A stretch of DNA of 35,448 nucleotides from Catajapyx aquilonaris (taxonomy: Eukaryota): positions 1-35,448 of the forward strand of contig JYFJ02004026.1 in NCBI GenBank assembly GCA_000934665.2. Reading direction: 5' to 3'. Within the stretch, counting starts at the first letter, position 1; every line of letters starts with the position of its first letter. The notes beneath the pieces are model-generated. The model was not told the origin of the DNA. It was given only the letters and a program-made list of their open reading frames with translations, and ran no database searches. The position numbers were made by a program, and so were the translations under genes. Positions 1-12,188 of this stretch are shown in pieces.

Positions 1-186
1 GCGTAGGTTAATTAATGGGTAAATAGGTAAATACGTCTGAGGATAAGGTGATGTCTGAGGTGGGCAGGGGTGGGGGGTGGGACAGGTTGTTTTTAGGCTC
101 TTTCTCATGTGTTTTATTAGTTCATATGTTGGGTTAGCTTGCATCTCCCTTCATCGCTGACTACCCCTCATAGGGAAATGTCGTGA

Positions 187-187
<1 letters not shown>

Positions 188-222
<35 letters not shown>
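188..222. repeat. (GTT)n microsatellite
   Basis: About 11 perfect GTT units. Confidence 0.95.
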
Positions 223-1292
223 CGCAGTGTATTCACAATATATTCTTGGGCATGTGACTGAGCAAGTGACAAATGAAATGCTGTAGAAATTCATTTTTAC
301 ATTTTAGAGGAAAACTAATTCCATAGGCGCATTGTCCTGGTGTTTCCCTTTCTTTTGATATATATGTTCATTTGGTTTTGACCACTTACACTAACCAAAA
401 GAAATTCTTCAAAAAAGGCCTCGTTTTAAGCCATTTCCAGATGTTTGCGATTTCCTTACCTCCTCTCTGGACATTCCAGCAGTTGCCCAAACCACAGCAG
501 TGGTGAAACACAATTAGCCTGGCCTTGTGCCTAAGTGCTTCAAATAATTCATGTTGAATCACTCCTATTGGAAAGGACTGACGCTGACGTCTCTCCGTCG
601 TAAGGAGAACAGCCCAATCTTGTAGTAGATATTATAAATGCATGTTTTGACCCTTGCTATCCGCCTCCCCCCACCATTCTCCATAAGCTGACCAGTAATT
701 ACTTCTCTGTACTCACTGTCTGTTAATATTTCATTGGCCACTCTAAACGGTTTCTGTTTGTGTCCAGATAATTATAACGCAGCGGGCGAGCGTTAAAAGC
801 TGGTTAAAAGCTGATCGTATCAGACTCAGTTCGGGGTATGGTCGTTTCCTCGCATTGACCAGTGCCGGAAGATCAATGACTCGTCATTTATTCAGTCCAG
901 TCCAGAGTGTTTCAAGTAGTTATTGTTGTATTCGTCTCGATATATTTCGCATTTGGCTTATTGTAGGCCTGCTTTTCTCTCTTGCTGAAATATCGAGGCA
1001 GGAGCCTATCATTTTTTGAAACAATCTTGCCTACAATCAGCTGAAAGTAAGACTGTAATGGTTTTTGTCAATCAGGACATTACAATTACAAGTATTGTGT
1101 GCTATAGACTGCAGTTTTATTCGGATAAACAGGCCTGTAATATGTTGATTACATGTGCATTTATTCGCCCATAATCTGTAATTCGCGGTCCTCTAGTAGT
1201 TGATGTGCAGACAGCCAAACCTTACAGCTGGTCGGTTTGGCAGCAGTGATTTCCATACAGTCGGTCGTCATCTCATCTCTCTGTGTCAACAA

Positions 1293-1703
1293 TCACTTCT
1301 GACCCTGGTCTTGGTCTCCTTCATCTGCGTCGCCCTGGCCTGGCACCCCTGGAGCGGCACCACCCGCTGGCATGGCTATGCCTGAATAATAATAGACACA
1401 TATAGTATACGTGGCAATATATTGAATAGCAACAATATTACAGTATTTCAATATTTATATGAAACAAACAAATAAAATGCAGACATATCAGTCAATTAGG
1501 CAACACTGCTATGTTGTGAACGCAGTACCACTTATCTCACATAGATGGCACACTACTGATGATGACTCACTGCAGACAAACAAGAGGCATAAGGCAATTC
1601 TAAACACAATACCTCCAGGGAATTGTGGCTCAGCGTAGGTTGCCACCACCATTGTTGCCAGGAGGATGGCCAGGATGGTCCACATTGTTGGGAAGCAAGC
1701 CAT
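1293..1703 (-). CDS. Small secreted Gly/Pro/Ala/Asp-rich peptide A, 59 aa, 2 exons (1703-1613, 1381-1293)
   Basis: Exon 1 MACFPTMWTILAILLATMVVATYAEPQFPG has a hydrophobic signal peptide. A phase-1 GT-AG intron leads to exon 2 GIAMPAGGAAPGVPGQGDADEGDQDQGQK*. The exon structure is conserved in the inverted paralogue. Confidence 0.8.
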
Positions 1704-2293
1704 GCCGACTAGTGTTGCGATGAGTTAGCTGGACAGTAGTATGATGTTAACTGTCGCTGCAGAGACAGTCAGATGCTGATGATGTGCTCCCCGTCATGTC
1801 GAGGCCGTTTTTATGGGCGCTTTTCTGATCACGTGATTGTTCGTATGGTGAGCTGTGATTGGGCCCAGTTGGCACAAAGTCACCGCTCGAATCAACTGCA
1901 ATTTACGATCAGGTGCACTGTGCCATCTCCTTGTCTGAGCGTGACAAGTACTGGACAGTTTTATTACCCGAATGGTGTATGATCTTTGACGTTGACTGTA
2001 ACATACGTGGGTCATAAAACAATACAGTTTTTCGGACATACATGACAGGCAAACAAAAAAGCATGAAGTGTAACCAATGTGCGCACCTGATCCAGAGAAA
2101 TACCCGTGACTTTGTGCCAACTGGGCCCATCAATCACAGGCTCACAGCTCACCCTGTACGAACAATCACGTGATCAGAAAAGCGCCCATAAAAACGGCCC
2201 CGACATGACTGGAGCACATCAGCATCTGACTGTCTCTGCCGCAGCTAACATCACTTCATTCTACCAAAGCTCATCAACGCAACACTAGTCGGC
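1704..2293. promoter_or_regulatory. Divergent promoter region with mirror-image core promoters
   Basis: 1704-1882 is an inverted copy of about 2106-2293. Each arm has the palindromic E-box ATCACGTGAT, a CATAAAA TATA variant (2187 on +) and an Inr-like ATCAGCA about 31 bp downstream. Confidence 0.6.
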
Positions 2294-2727
2294 ATGGCTT
2301 ACTTCCCAACAATGTGGACCATCCTGGCCATCGTCCTGGCAACAATGCTGGTGGCAACCTACGCTGAGCCACAATTCCCAGCAGCAGCACCAGCAGGTAT
2401 TGTGTTTAGAATTATTGTCTTATAGGTCTACGCCTCTGTTTGTCTGCGGTGAGTCATCAGAAGTGTGCCATCTATGTGAGATATGTGGTACTACGTTCAC
2501 CGTCGGCGGGCAGGGCAGTGTTGCCTAATTGACAGATATGTCTGCATTTTATTTATTTGTTTGATAGGAATATTGAAATACTGTTGTTGCTTCAATAATT
2601 TATTGTCATCTACTGTTGCGTCTATTATATTTCAGGCATGCCAGCCATGCCAGCGGGTGGTGCACCCTCAGGGTTGCCAGGTCAGAGTGGCAGTGGCTCA
2701 GATGAAGGATCGTCAGACCAACAATAA
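2294..2727 (+). CDS. Small secreted Gly/Pro/Ala/Ser-rich peptide B, 64 aa, 2 exons (2294-2396, 2636-2727)
   Basis: Spliced product MAYFPTMWTILAIVLATMLVATYAEPQFPAAAPAGMPAMPAGGAPSGLPGQSGSGSDEGSSDQQ*. Phase-1 intron GT..TTTCAG; AATAAA near 2852. Confidence 0.8.
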
Positions 2728-3423
2728 GGCCAAGATCAGCAGTAATATTGTTGGCACAGAGAGGGCTGTCTGGACTTCACTTATACATGGCCACACTCTG
2801 TGTATCGACTGGTATCGAATAAGGGAATATGAATCCCCAATCATATGTATGAATAAAACTGCAATGAAGTGAAAAACTAAAAAAAATATGTTCATTAATC
2901 CCATTTTTGGCATCGAGTTTGAACTTAGGAACACAACAATACAATATTTCGACATGAAAGTTTTATCCCGCTAAAATTTTGCATTTTTTTTTTTTTTGAT
3001 CTGACAATTCCAAATAACATAGGCCTACATTTGACCGAAAAAAATATGGCTTTGAAAAACGACAACAGCCAAAAACTTATTTATACTGTTGCATAAATAT
3101 GAACTTATTATTCATCGGAAGTTTGCAATTTGCAATTTTTCGGCATTGAAAATATCCACAAAAAGGCTCCAAAAAACGTTCCAGAATTTTATGTAAATTT
3201 TCATAAAATGATGATCAATTTGCCCATTTTATAGGTAGCGAATAACGTACTGCGATAATCGCTCTTGGCGAGAGTAGCAGCGTTTTTACGATAACAGCGA
3301 TGCGACTTGTAAATGACGTGAATCTGAACGCACCCCCAACGATTTCCAAGATGGCGTCATCTTTTTCCATCCGATGCTTTTCCTGCCTTGGTTTCCCCAA
3401 TTTCGGCCAAATCTGAGCCTGGA

Positions 3424-4573
3424 ATGGACCCAGGGGATGTTGAGGAGTGAGTATTACGTCTGCAGTAATTGTCGCACTCGCACTTGGGTGCGTACATAGC
3501 ACATTGATGGAATTGAGCTTGCGGATATGACAGGAAAGACACTTCATGTGTTACATGCTACTTTTTTTTTCCCTTCATATTTCACAGGAGCACAAGCATG
3601 ATGGAGGTGAAACAAGAAGGGCGTGGTGATGAGGATGTCGCTCTTGAGGAGACGTGGACACTTGCGAATGAGGACATCTCGCCACACCTTCATCCGCATT
3701 CAGTGGGAGCAGTGGAAGAGGTCAGCGGCATTGAGGTGGAAGAAGAAGCATCGGTTACCATATGGGATGCCCCTGATGATGAGGATGATCCCTTGGCCAT
3801 TACGGATCAAAGGACCAGCAAGGTGGGTAGGCATGTAGAACAAAACAAGACATAAGAAATCTAATGACTGTTTGTCAAGGATTTTACAATAAGAACAACA
3901 CCATCACGACATTTCCCTATGAGGGGTAGTCAGCGATGGAGGGAAACAGAAGGATTTTAATTTATAAATTGTTCGCAAATATCTTGTTACCATGCATTCA
4001 ATTGTATTCCAGAGAGAACGAAGGATGGCTGATGGAGAAATTCAGACTGGAAGCGGCTTGGAAAAGGACACACGGAGAACTCACACCCGTCGTATTTGCC
4101 CAAAGGAATTTCACGATGCTTGTAATTTGGGAAGGCATGAGCGCATACACACAGGGGAGAAGCCATTTAGTTGCGAAATTTGCAAGAGCGAGTTTAAGCA
4201 CGCGTCTACTTTGGAAAGGCATAGTATGGTACACACTGGGGAGAAGCCCTTCAGCTGCAATAAAAAGTTCAAGGACTTGACAGATTTGACACGGCATAGT
4301 AGAACTCACACTGGGGAAAAGCCATATGGTTGTCAGATTTGCAAGAAGACGTTTAGTGCACGATCTAGTTTGATGAGGCACAAGAAGGTGCATATATTTG
4401 GGGAGAAGCCGTTTACTTGTCAAATCTGCAACAAAACGTTCAAGCAATCAAAAAATTTGGATTCACATGTGAGGTGTCACAAAGAGTCTTCATTGTTAGA
4501 TTCGGAAGATTTATTTGGTCAGACATTCAAGGATGAATGTACCGGAGCAACTAAAGATTTGCAAGGAGAATAG
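3424..4573 (+). CDS. C2H2 (Kruppel-type) zinc-finger protein, 3 exons (3424-3446, 3588-3822, 4013-4573)
   Basis: Splices GA|GTGAGT..ACAG|G and AAG|GTGGGT..CCAG|AGA keep frame. Acidic N-terminus (MEVKQE..), then five fingers with TGEKP linkers; fingers 1 and 3 each lack a Cys. Confidence 0.8.
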
Positions 4574-4700
4574 TCCGCCTACACTGCTGTTTATTATTCA
4601 AGGTTGGACCACGTAAAAACGCCCGTTTTGTATGAGAAGTTAGCCGCATAGTAGTGTAGACTGGACTGCATGGGAATATTGATACACTTTGTATCTCACA

Positions 4701-5568
4701 CTAGCAGGTTACCCGGCGTTGCCCGGGTATGTTGGGGTGCTGGTAAGGGGTACATATACACTATTTTAGGAAGTGTGTTTGTTTGTAAAAATTTCCCTTC
4801 CGTACACTCGAAACTCGATATGTCTTAAAATAGGCCTTATAAGTTGCAATAAGCCAAAGTTTGTCACTCTCTGTGATAGATTACCTGCTTGTCTTATAGT
4901 GTAGTCGACACAGATATTCTGATTGGATGTGTAAAAAGAGGATTGCGGATGGAGTTGGCCCAAGAAAAGACTGCACAGCCTTGTGTTTTTTCCCCCTGCA
5001 TTTTTGACCCCTTGACCCCCCAACCCCACTTCACACCTCCATCTCGTTCCATATGTTTGCTTTGAAGAACTCTAGAAATGTACGTACAGACGTACAGATG
5101 CATGGTGGAAGAAATATTTTCAACACGGAGTAATATTAGTAAATACTGTATTATTTTATTGTATTTATTTTTGTCTGGAAGTCTACTTTCTAATCCCACA
5201 AAATCCCGGAATGACCATACGATACGAACTCACGTGAGGTGCCAATTATTAGCGCAATTGGTGCATGCGTTGAATTTACCGTCGATGGTTTAACTATTTG
5301 CTAGGTATTGAACTTGCATAAGGGCATTTCCATGGGAATTTGAATTGATATATTGTTGTAAGTTAATTGTTAAGGCCCGAGAAGAGAGAAGATTCGGGAA
5401 TATGCGTGTTGTGGGAGTTAGGTACATTTTCGGAAGCTGAAACATGCGGCATTAAATTCCTTGAAAAATGTAACCCCCGATATGCTAATTTAAGGCGGTG
5501 TAGGGGCCTTCCCCAGGATTTCTATAAGGGACAAACATCTGACAAACTTCCTTATTTATAGATATAGA
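4701..5568 (-). mobile_element. Non-autonomous Helitron (family A)
   Basis: The minus strand starts TCTATATCTATAAA and ends with hairpin ACCCGG-GCAACG-CCGGGT then ..CTAG. Inserted between A and T with no TSD, the Helitron hallmarks. Confidence 0.75.
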
Positions 5569-5680
5569 TGATTGTGAATAATAAACATTAAAAATTGGGT
5601 CCACACTTTTACTGTTTATTTTTTTTGTAACCTTGTAACGACATCTGTCAAGTTTTATGAAATAAAAACTCCTGATCGCC

Positions 5681-5822
5681 ACTACTACAGCTGTTACTAC
5701 TACTACAACGACTGCAGTAGCTACTTTTACGACTACTACTACTACTTTACAGTACTACCACTGCTACGTACTACTACTACGTACTACTACTAAGAGCTAC
5801 TACAGTAGCTACTTATACGACG

Positions 5823-5856
<34 letters not shown>

Positions 5857-6216
5857 ATAAGAGCTACTACAGTAGTTACTAACTACTACAGTAGCTACTA
5901 ACTACTACAGTAGCTACTTATACAACTACTACTACTACCAAGAGCTACTACAATAGCAACTAATACTGCAGTAGCTACTACTACTACTACTACGACTACT
6001 ACTACTACTACTATACTACTACTACAGTAGCTACTACTACTATCAAGAGCTAATTATTAGCTAGTTATTAGCCCTTGCTACTACTATACTACTGCTACTG
6101 CAGTAGCTACTACTACTTTACTACTACTACTACTGCAGTAGCTACTACTACTTTACTACTACTACTGCAGTAGCTACTACTACTATACTACTACAACTAC
6201 TACTACAGTAGCTACG

Positions 6217-6266
<50 letters not shown>

Positions 6267-6297
6267 ACAGTACTACTACTGCTACTTTTACTACTAC
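5681..6297. repeat. Degenerate (ACT)n microsatellite, about 615 bp
   Basis: Long ACT/TAC runs interrupted by recurring ACAGTAGCT and AAGAGCT units. Confidence 0.95.
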
Positions 6298-6414
6298 TGG
6301 ATAGGGAAGCTGCCGCCATCTGTTGAGGAATAAGACAACTAAAATGTCCTCAATTCAGCGCCGCCATGCGGGATATTTCCAGCCAGCCCTTTTCTGTTGG
6401 CAACACTTGCAGGC

Positions 6415-9020
6415 ATGGCATCCAAGATGGCGGCGCCCTTCAGGTGCGAAAATTCCTGGTTTGCATTGCGGTCTTGAAGCATAATTATTGTTGGGGCAAT
6501 TGGAGGGATGAGTGGCCAGTCTGGTTGGCTTAAGGAGGAGCCAGGATGCTGCGGGAAGGCACCAGGAGTAGAACCGGGCAGGTCAGGACACCACAGAGGC
6601 TTGCCCGCAGAGTAAGGATGAGAAGCCGGCCCAGCATGAAATAATGTCATACTTTGCGCCTTTCCACCAGTTGGAACGTGATGATGGACGGCGTGGCAGT
6701 CAAGACCGAGCTGGTCGATGATGCCCAAGACAGAGGAGGAGGAGGGCTTGTACCGGGCATTGGTCCGCAATGGGTGGTCAAGATGGAGGTGAAAGTGGAG
6801 CCGGAGGAGGTCGGGTTCGCTGGACAGCCGCAGGACATTGTTGTGGTCCAAGGTGAACCGAGCCGTTACCAGCAGGACGACGGAAGCCGGAGGAACAAGT
6901 GTCAGGATCAGGTGCGGTAATCTCCTGAGAATCAGTCGTAGCAAGATCAATAAGCCCATACTAAAAACTCTTGAAAACGCTTCATGCGAAAGATCATACT
7001 CGTACTGTAACGCTGTCTGTGCAACCGCAAAGCCTCCATTGTTTGCCAAACTAACTTAATCTTTAATTTCAGAAGCCAACAAGCTCACAACTTGGGAATA
7101 CATCACGCAACGAAGCCACGACTGGACACATTCTGTTCATGCCACTCGAAGTGAAACCCAAAGTGGTTGCTGATCAGTCCGTTGGTGTAGAGAAAGTTAA
7201 TTGGAAGAGGGCAGCTGCATATCAGGAGAAGCAAAAGGTAACTAGAGTGTGTCGCAGTACAGAGTACCTAAGTGGGTAGCTCAGTACTTGGGGAAGAAAT
7301 TTACTCCTTCACTTTGTGCACCTTTCGAACATCAAACCCTATTCTCGCATGGCTGCCACTTGGTTACTATTTGTTGCTATTTTTTCAGGGGTTACTATTT
7401 GCTTCCTATTTTTAATTGATCTGTAAAAATACTATAAAATAGTGTTGGGCAGTTCATCAGGGTTCATCTGGTCGGAACGACTATATAGTCTTGTGGCCAT
7501 TTCTGTTTAAGAGGGTTTTGATCGTCGTGAATTTTGCGGCCGGGCTCTTGCTCCTATTCCTTTGCAAAACAGCGTGCGGAGGAGAAGCGGATTCAGGCAG
7601 AAATGAAGGAGAAGCTTATCCGGGAGGTGAAGGCACGGCCCACCCTCTGGGACAAGCACCGGAAGGACCACAGAGATCGGGAGCTGGTTGAGACCCTGTG
7701 GGACCAAGTGGAGCAGGCCATGGCGGGCTCTATGACCAGTAAGTACCAGCTCCTGCCGAGGAGTCACTTAATCAATGGAAAATTTCGCGAATGTCAGGCA
7801 AATTTTCTGTGCCAGCAATGTCTCGTACTTACGAAGAATTCATACGTAACTTATCTGATGACATTTGGGAAACTTTTTTATTTAATTTTGTGGGTACGCC
7901 CCCAGCAGATTTAGTTACTTGAGACTAATTGCAATTCTCTAATTGTCAGAGGCCACATGCAAGTCGTTGTGGAGGAATTTGGTAGACATCAACAGACGAG
8001 CCTGCCAACAGGTCAGCATGGGAATTAAGAGTGGTCGGGAGGGCGTAAAGTCGCGGTTCTACGAATTGCTGGAATTCCTCGGGGGACGAGGAGCGAACAT
8101 GGAGTGAGTATCGCTACCAATGCAATACTTTACAGACCCTGTTGAGTCAATTTGCCGAGATTGTGATCATTACCAATATTTTGTGTTGTAAATTGCAAAT
8201 TGCGAATGTTCATTTTGCAAAGATGTAATTATGCACCTCTCTTTCATGGTAAAGGACTTCATGTAACGAAGTCCTCCCCAAGCGTGCATCAAACGGAGCG
8301 GAAGAAGAACTTGTGGCCATTACTAGCCCGGACTCGTTACAGACTGATGAATCATTAGACACGACATTAGCGGATGATCCTCTGAGAGTTGATTCTTTGC
8401 CCCTTCCCATGACTGAAACTACAGCCGTTTCCGCAACACCAACCTTTTCCAATTCCTCGACACAGACTCTCAACAATCATTCCCACGACATGGGACCTAA
8501 AAAGAAACGGAGAAGGATGGAGGGAGTGGCCACGCCGCAGACTGCTGCACCGACAGGGTCTGCACCGCTAACGTCAGTGGATCACCTTTTGATTGGATTA
8601 TTGAACAACATTCAAGCGTACGTCAGATGAAAAACTTCAGTATCTTTTCCCTCCAGTAACATGTCTTTTGTCAAATTTCCACCTGCAATCTTGCATCCGT
8701 AACAGTTCATTGTTATTTTACTTGATACGCCCTACATATTGAAACAGCATCGTCACACGTTCACAATGACTTGGTGCTGGGAAAGTCATCACGAATGTTG
8801 TTTTAATCGAGTAATCACACTCGTTGTTCATAATTACTGTTTTTTTCTTTCTTTCAGGTGAATTGTTCGGAAACCATCAAGATTCAAAAGCCTTTCGAAG
8901 TACGTGGAATCCATCTACTCGGAATTTCCAGATGACAGAAAGATGGCGTTCGAGCGTGAGGTCGTACAACTGGCGTGGGAGTACCGGGAAGAATTTGTAC
9001 CAATGACATTGGACAGCTAA
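6415..9020 (+). CDS. MADF-domain transcription factor with BESS-like C-terminal exon (exons 6415-6443, 6671-6911, 7073-7237, 7573-7738, 7950-8103, 8255-8617, 8858-9020; in-frame TGA at 8859)
   Basis: All junctions keep frame. KLIREVKARPTLWDKHRKDHRDRELVETLWDQV..CKSLWRNLVD..FYELLEFL fits the MADF pattern. LSKYVESIYSEFPDDRKMAFEREVVQLAWEY resembles a BESS motif. YY1-type CAAGATGGCGGC at the start. Confidence 0.75.
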
Positions 9021-9102
9021 TAAATGCCCAAAATCCCAAAACCTGAATCATAATGTACGATGTATGATAATGTACGATGTACGATGCATAATGTACAATG
9101 CA

Positions 9103-9241
9103 CAGTAGAATCTCGTTTATCTGAACTAGTAGAATCGCATTTCTTCTTAAATTGTCGGACGTTTCGGCTTAATATGAAAATCAGTTATGTAATACAAAGC
9201 TACTTAAAGCTCAAGCGCTTTTAATTAATGCGATTCTACTG
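9103..9241. mobile_element. Degenerate Tc1/mariner-pogo-type MITE
   Basis: Inverted termini CAGTAGAATC..GATTCTACTG; the TA TSD is not intact. Confidence 0.4.
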
Positions 9242-9509
9242 CGACGATAATGTTTCTTCTCCCAACGAACCACTTTTCCTTTCATACTAGTAACTTATTA
9301 AAAGCACATGTTGTAATGTTGTGTTAGTACATAATAAATATTTTTGCATTTTTGCAAGTAAACAATCTTGTGTGGCTGTTATTTTTTTTTTTAATATTCC
9401 ACTGGATTATTCCCCACTCAAAATTTGGACGGTTTGTATTATTATTATTTTTTTAATTATCACTTTTTGAATTGCGAGTTGCTCCTAAGTGACACCCTCT
9501 CAATTTCAG

Positions 9510-10701
9510 CATGTGGACCCCATCGTATTGTTGTACCAGCTTGTATACTGCGATGATTGTGACGGAGCTTTTGCTACCAAAAAGGACTTGGAACGTCATC
9601 GGTTGAGGAAGCATGTCACGTCTGCGGCTGAGGTGAGCAATTGTAATTGTATGAATTTTAATACTATGCTGTACATCATCAAAAGATGTGTAATCGTACG
9701 CGATGGTTGTTTTCGTTAGATCATCACATTTTTCAGCCAAAATAGCTGCCAATAATGAAAGAGCGAAACTGTTCCGCTATTGCAGATTTCATATGGGGAT
9801 TTCCACAATAATACACAATATGTAACATTGCCAGTACGGAGAAATAAATTGTACGTGCACATTTCAGGAAGGAGGACCAACAGCTGAGAGGACGGTGCAG
9901 AAGCCGGCACTGACGGATATACCACATCCCCGGGAACATGCGGAAGGAAAACCATGCAATTGTCTGATGTGCAAGAGTTCATCTCCGGTGTCATCTACTT
10001 TCAAAACGCATCCCGCAATTGGTTGCGAGATTTGCTCAAAAACGTTTAGGCAAACAGCTCATTTGACGAGGCACATTAAGACGGTGCATGCAGGGGAGAA
10101 GGCTTTTGTGTGTCAGATTTGTAAGAAAAGGTTTAGTGACAGGTCTTATTTGAAGAGGCATGAGACGAGTCATACGGGGGAGAAGCGGTTCAGTTGTCGT
10201 GTTTGCAAGAGAGAGTTTAGGGAATCGAATAATTTGACGTTGCACATGCGAGTGCACACTGGGGAAAAACCGTTCCGTCGTGGCGTTTGCAACAGACGGT
10301 TCAGTCAGTCGACGCACTTGGCCGTGCACAAGAGAGTGCACGGAGCTCAGATGAAGCGGTTCAGTTGTCACGATTGCGATGCGAAATATAAATATTCGAC
10401 CAGTTTGGCCAGGCATATGAAGAATCACGCTGGCGAGAAGCCTCACTGTTGTCAGATTTGCAAGAAAGCATTTGGCCAGGCATGTGATTTGAGGAAGCAC
10501 AGTAGAATTCACACGGGAGAAAAGCCTTTTAGCTGTGATGATTGCGATGCGAAATTTAGCGACTCGTCCAGTTTCGCACGACACAGAAGGCAGCACACTG
10601 GCGAGAAGCTTTACAGGTGCCAAGTTTGCATGAGAACGTTTAGCAGGTTGTCGTATTTGACAAACCACAAGAAGATGTGCAATGAGTTGCCTCGGAGCTA
10701 A
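9510..10701 (+). CDS. C2H2 zinc-finger array (about 9-10 fingers, some degenerate); exons 9510-9632 and 9868-10701; no start codon of its own
   Basis: Phase-0 exon containing YCDDCDGAFATKKDLERHRLRKH splices GAG|GTGAGC..TTTCAG|GAA in frame to a tandem TGEKP-linked array. AATAAA near 10765. Confidence 0.8.
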
Positions 10702-11264
10702 CGATGAGCAGTTATTTTTAACATGCGTTTATTAAGAGTTGTTCACAATTTGTAGGAATTTTGGAATAAAATTATATTAATATTTGGATCATAATTTTAC
10801 GTGCGAGCCAACTTTGGTCATTGAATACAGATGAGCAGCTGCCCTTTGCTGCGGAGGAAGTTGTGTGCGAGATGGCAAATTCATCTTGGGAGAAGCATTG
10901 GTAATTATGTATGAGCCACTTTGCAATTGTTTAGATCCACTCATTATTACGGGCTATTACAGAGCCAAAAGTTGTATTTCACAACAATGTTTGTGCCAAC
11001 AAACAAGTCGTAACTATGGAACCGGCACCACAGGGAAAAAAAACTCCAGGCCTAAACACATACGGACTACTTTTTTTTAGATAATGTCATCGTGCCTAAT
11101 TAATTCAGCTGAAATGAAATTGCCAAATTAACAGCCAAATCTGCAAACGGTTCGTATCCAATTTCCTCAGCGTTTTCAAGCATCGGGGATACTCAGAATA
11201 CCTTTTATACGTTGCAGGCGGATCATGAGAAGTGCAGCTTTCTGAAGGAGCCAACTGACGAGCC

Positions 11265-12188
11265 ATGCAACGATCCGTAGTGAAGCCAGGCCAGTGCGCC
11301 CACATCAGGAAGGTGCCTGCTTTCACCATCCAGGCGCTGCAAAAATGCACGAAGGTGATCCCTGCGCCATCGTCCAAATCCGCCAAACCAAGGCCCATTC
11401 CTCCGACGCTCTTCAGGAAAATGTATCTCAGAGGAGACCTACCCATTGGGCTTCTGAATACCTTCAAGGGATACAAGATATCCTGGAGGGTAAGTTCTTT
11501 CAATTGAACTTTGTGCACTACCGCATTGTTACGTACCTAGGTGAAGATTGAGAAGTTGGACTACGGTCACTACCTGCCGCTTTTTTTCGATGGACTTTGT
11601 GAGCTGGGTCATCCTTACAAGTTCTTTGCTAACCAGGGAATACGTGACATGCTGGATCATGGTGGGAAGAAGATTCTTCCGGTGGTTCCGCAGCTCATCG
11701 CTCCCATCAGAAGTACGTTGCACATACTGCAAAATAAGTCGCCTACTAACAACTGCGAATGTCATAATGTCTTTGCGAAAAGCACTTACTTCGATGAACT
11801 TATTTTCAGAAGCCCTGAACACCCGAAACCACAAGGTGATGTGTAATACCCTGAAGATCATGCAGATTCTCATCCGCTCCGCGGACATGGTTGGAGAATC
11901 CCTCGTGCCGTACTACAGGCAGCTTCTGCCTGTTTTCAACCTGTTCAAGAACAAGAATGGTAAGTCACAGTAAAGAGTTAACTTATTAGAATTATCGCCA
12001 TTACCAGCAGCACTTTCCTTTCAGCAAATGTGGGCGACTCCATCGTGTATGGGCAAAATAAGCGTGACAACTTGGCCGTACTTATCCATGAGACGCTGGA
12101 GCTTATGGAGCAATACGGAGGGCCATACGCCTACATGAACATTAAGTACATGATTCCAACATACGAGACTTGCGTCATGAATCTCTAA
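11265..12188 (+). CDS. PACRG: Parkin co-regulated gene protein (axonemal inner-junction protein); exons 11265-11489, 11541-11712, 11810-11959, 12025-12188
   Basis: Signature motifs [64 protein letters not shown] and [14 protein letters not shown] across three canonical introns. Confidence 0.95.

Noticed and set aside
460..620. Possible minus-strand exon (donor GAG|GTAAGG; one frame reads GVIQHELFEAL, vaguely astacin-like)
   Set aside because: The HExxH motif is incomplete, the acceptor is weak and no partner exons could be identified.
5681..6297. Possible poly-Thr mucin exon
   Set aside because: The triplet register shifts repeatedly, stops occur, and no start or splice context is evident; it is a microsatellite.
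6339..7049. 236-aa minus-strand ORF
   Set aside because: Antisense to well-supported plus-strand exons; no recognisable domain.
10036..10668. 210-aa minus ORF (also 3998-4447)
   Set aside because: Antisense shadows of zinc-finger exons.
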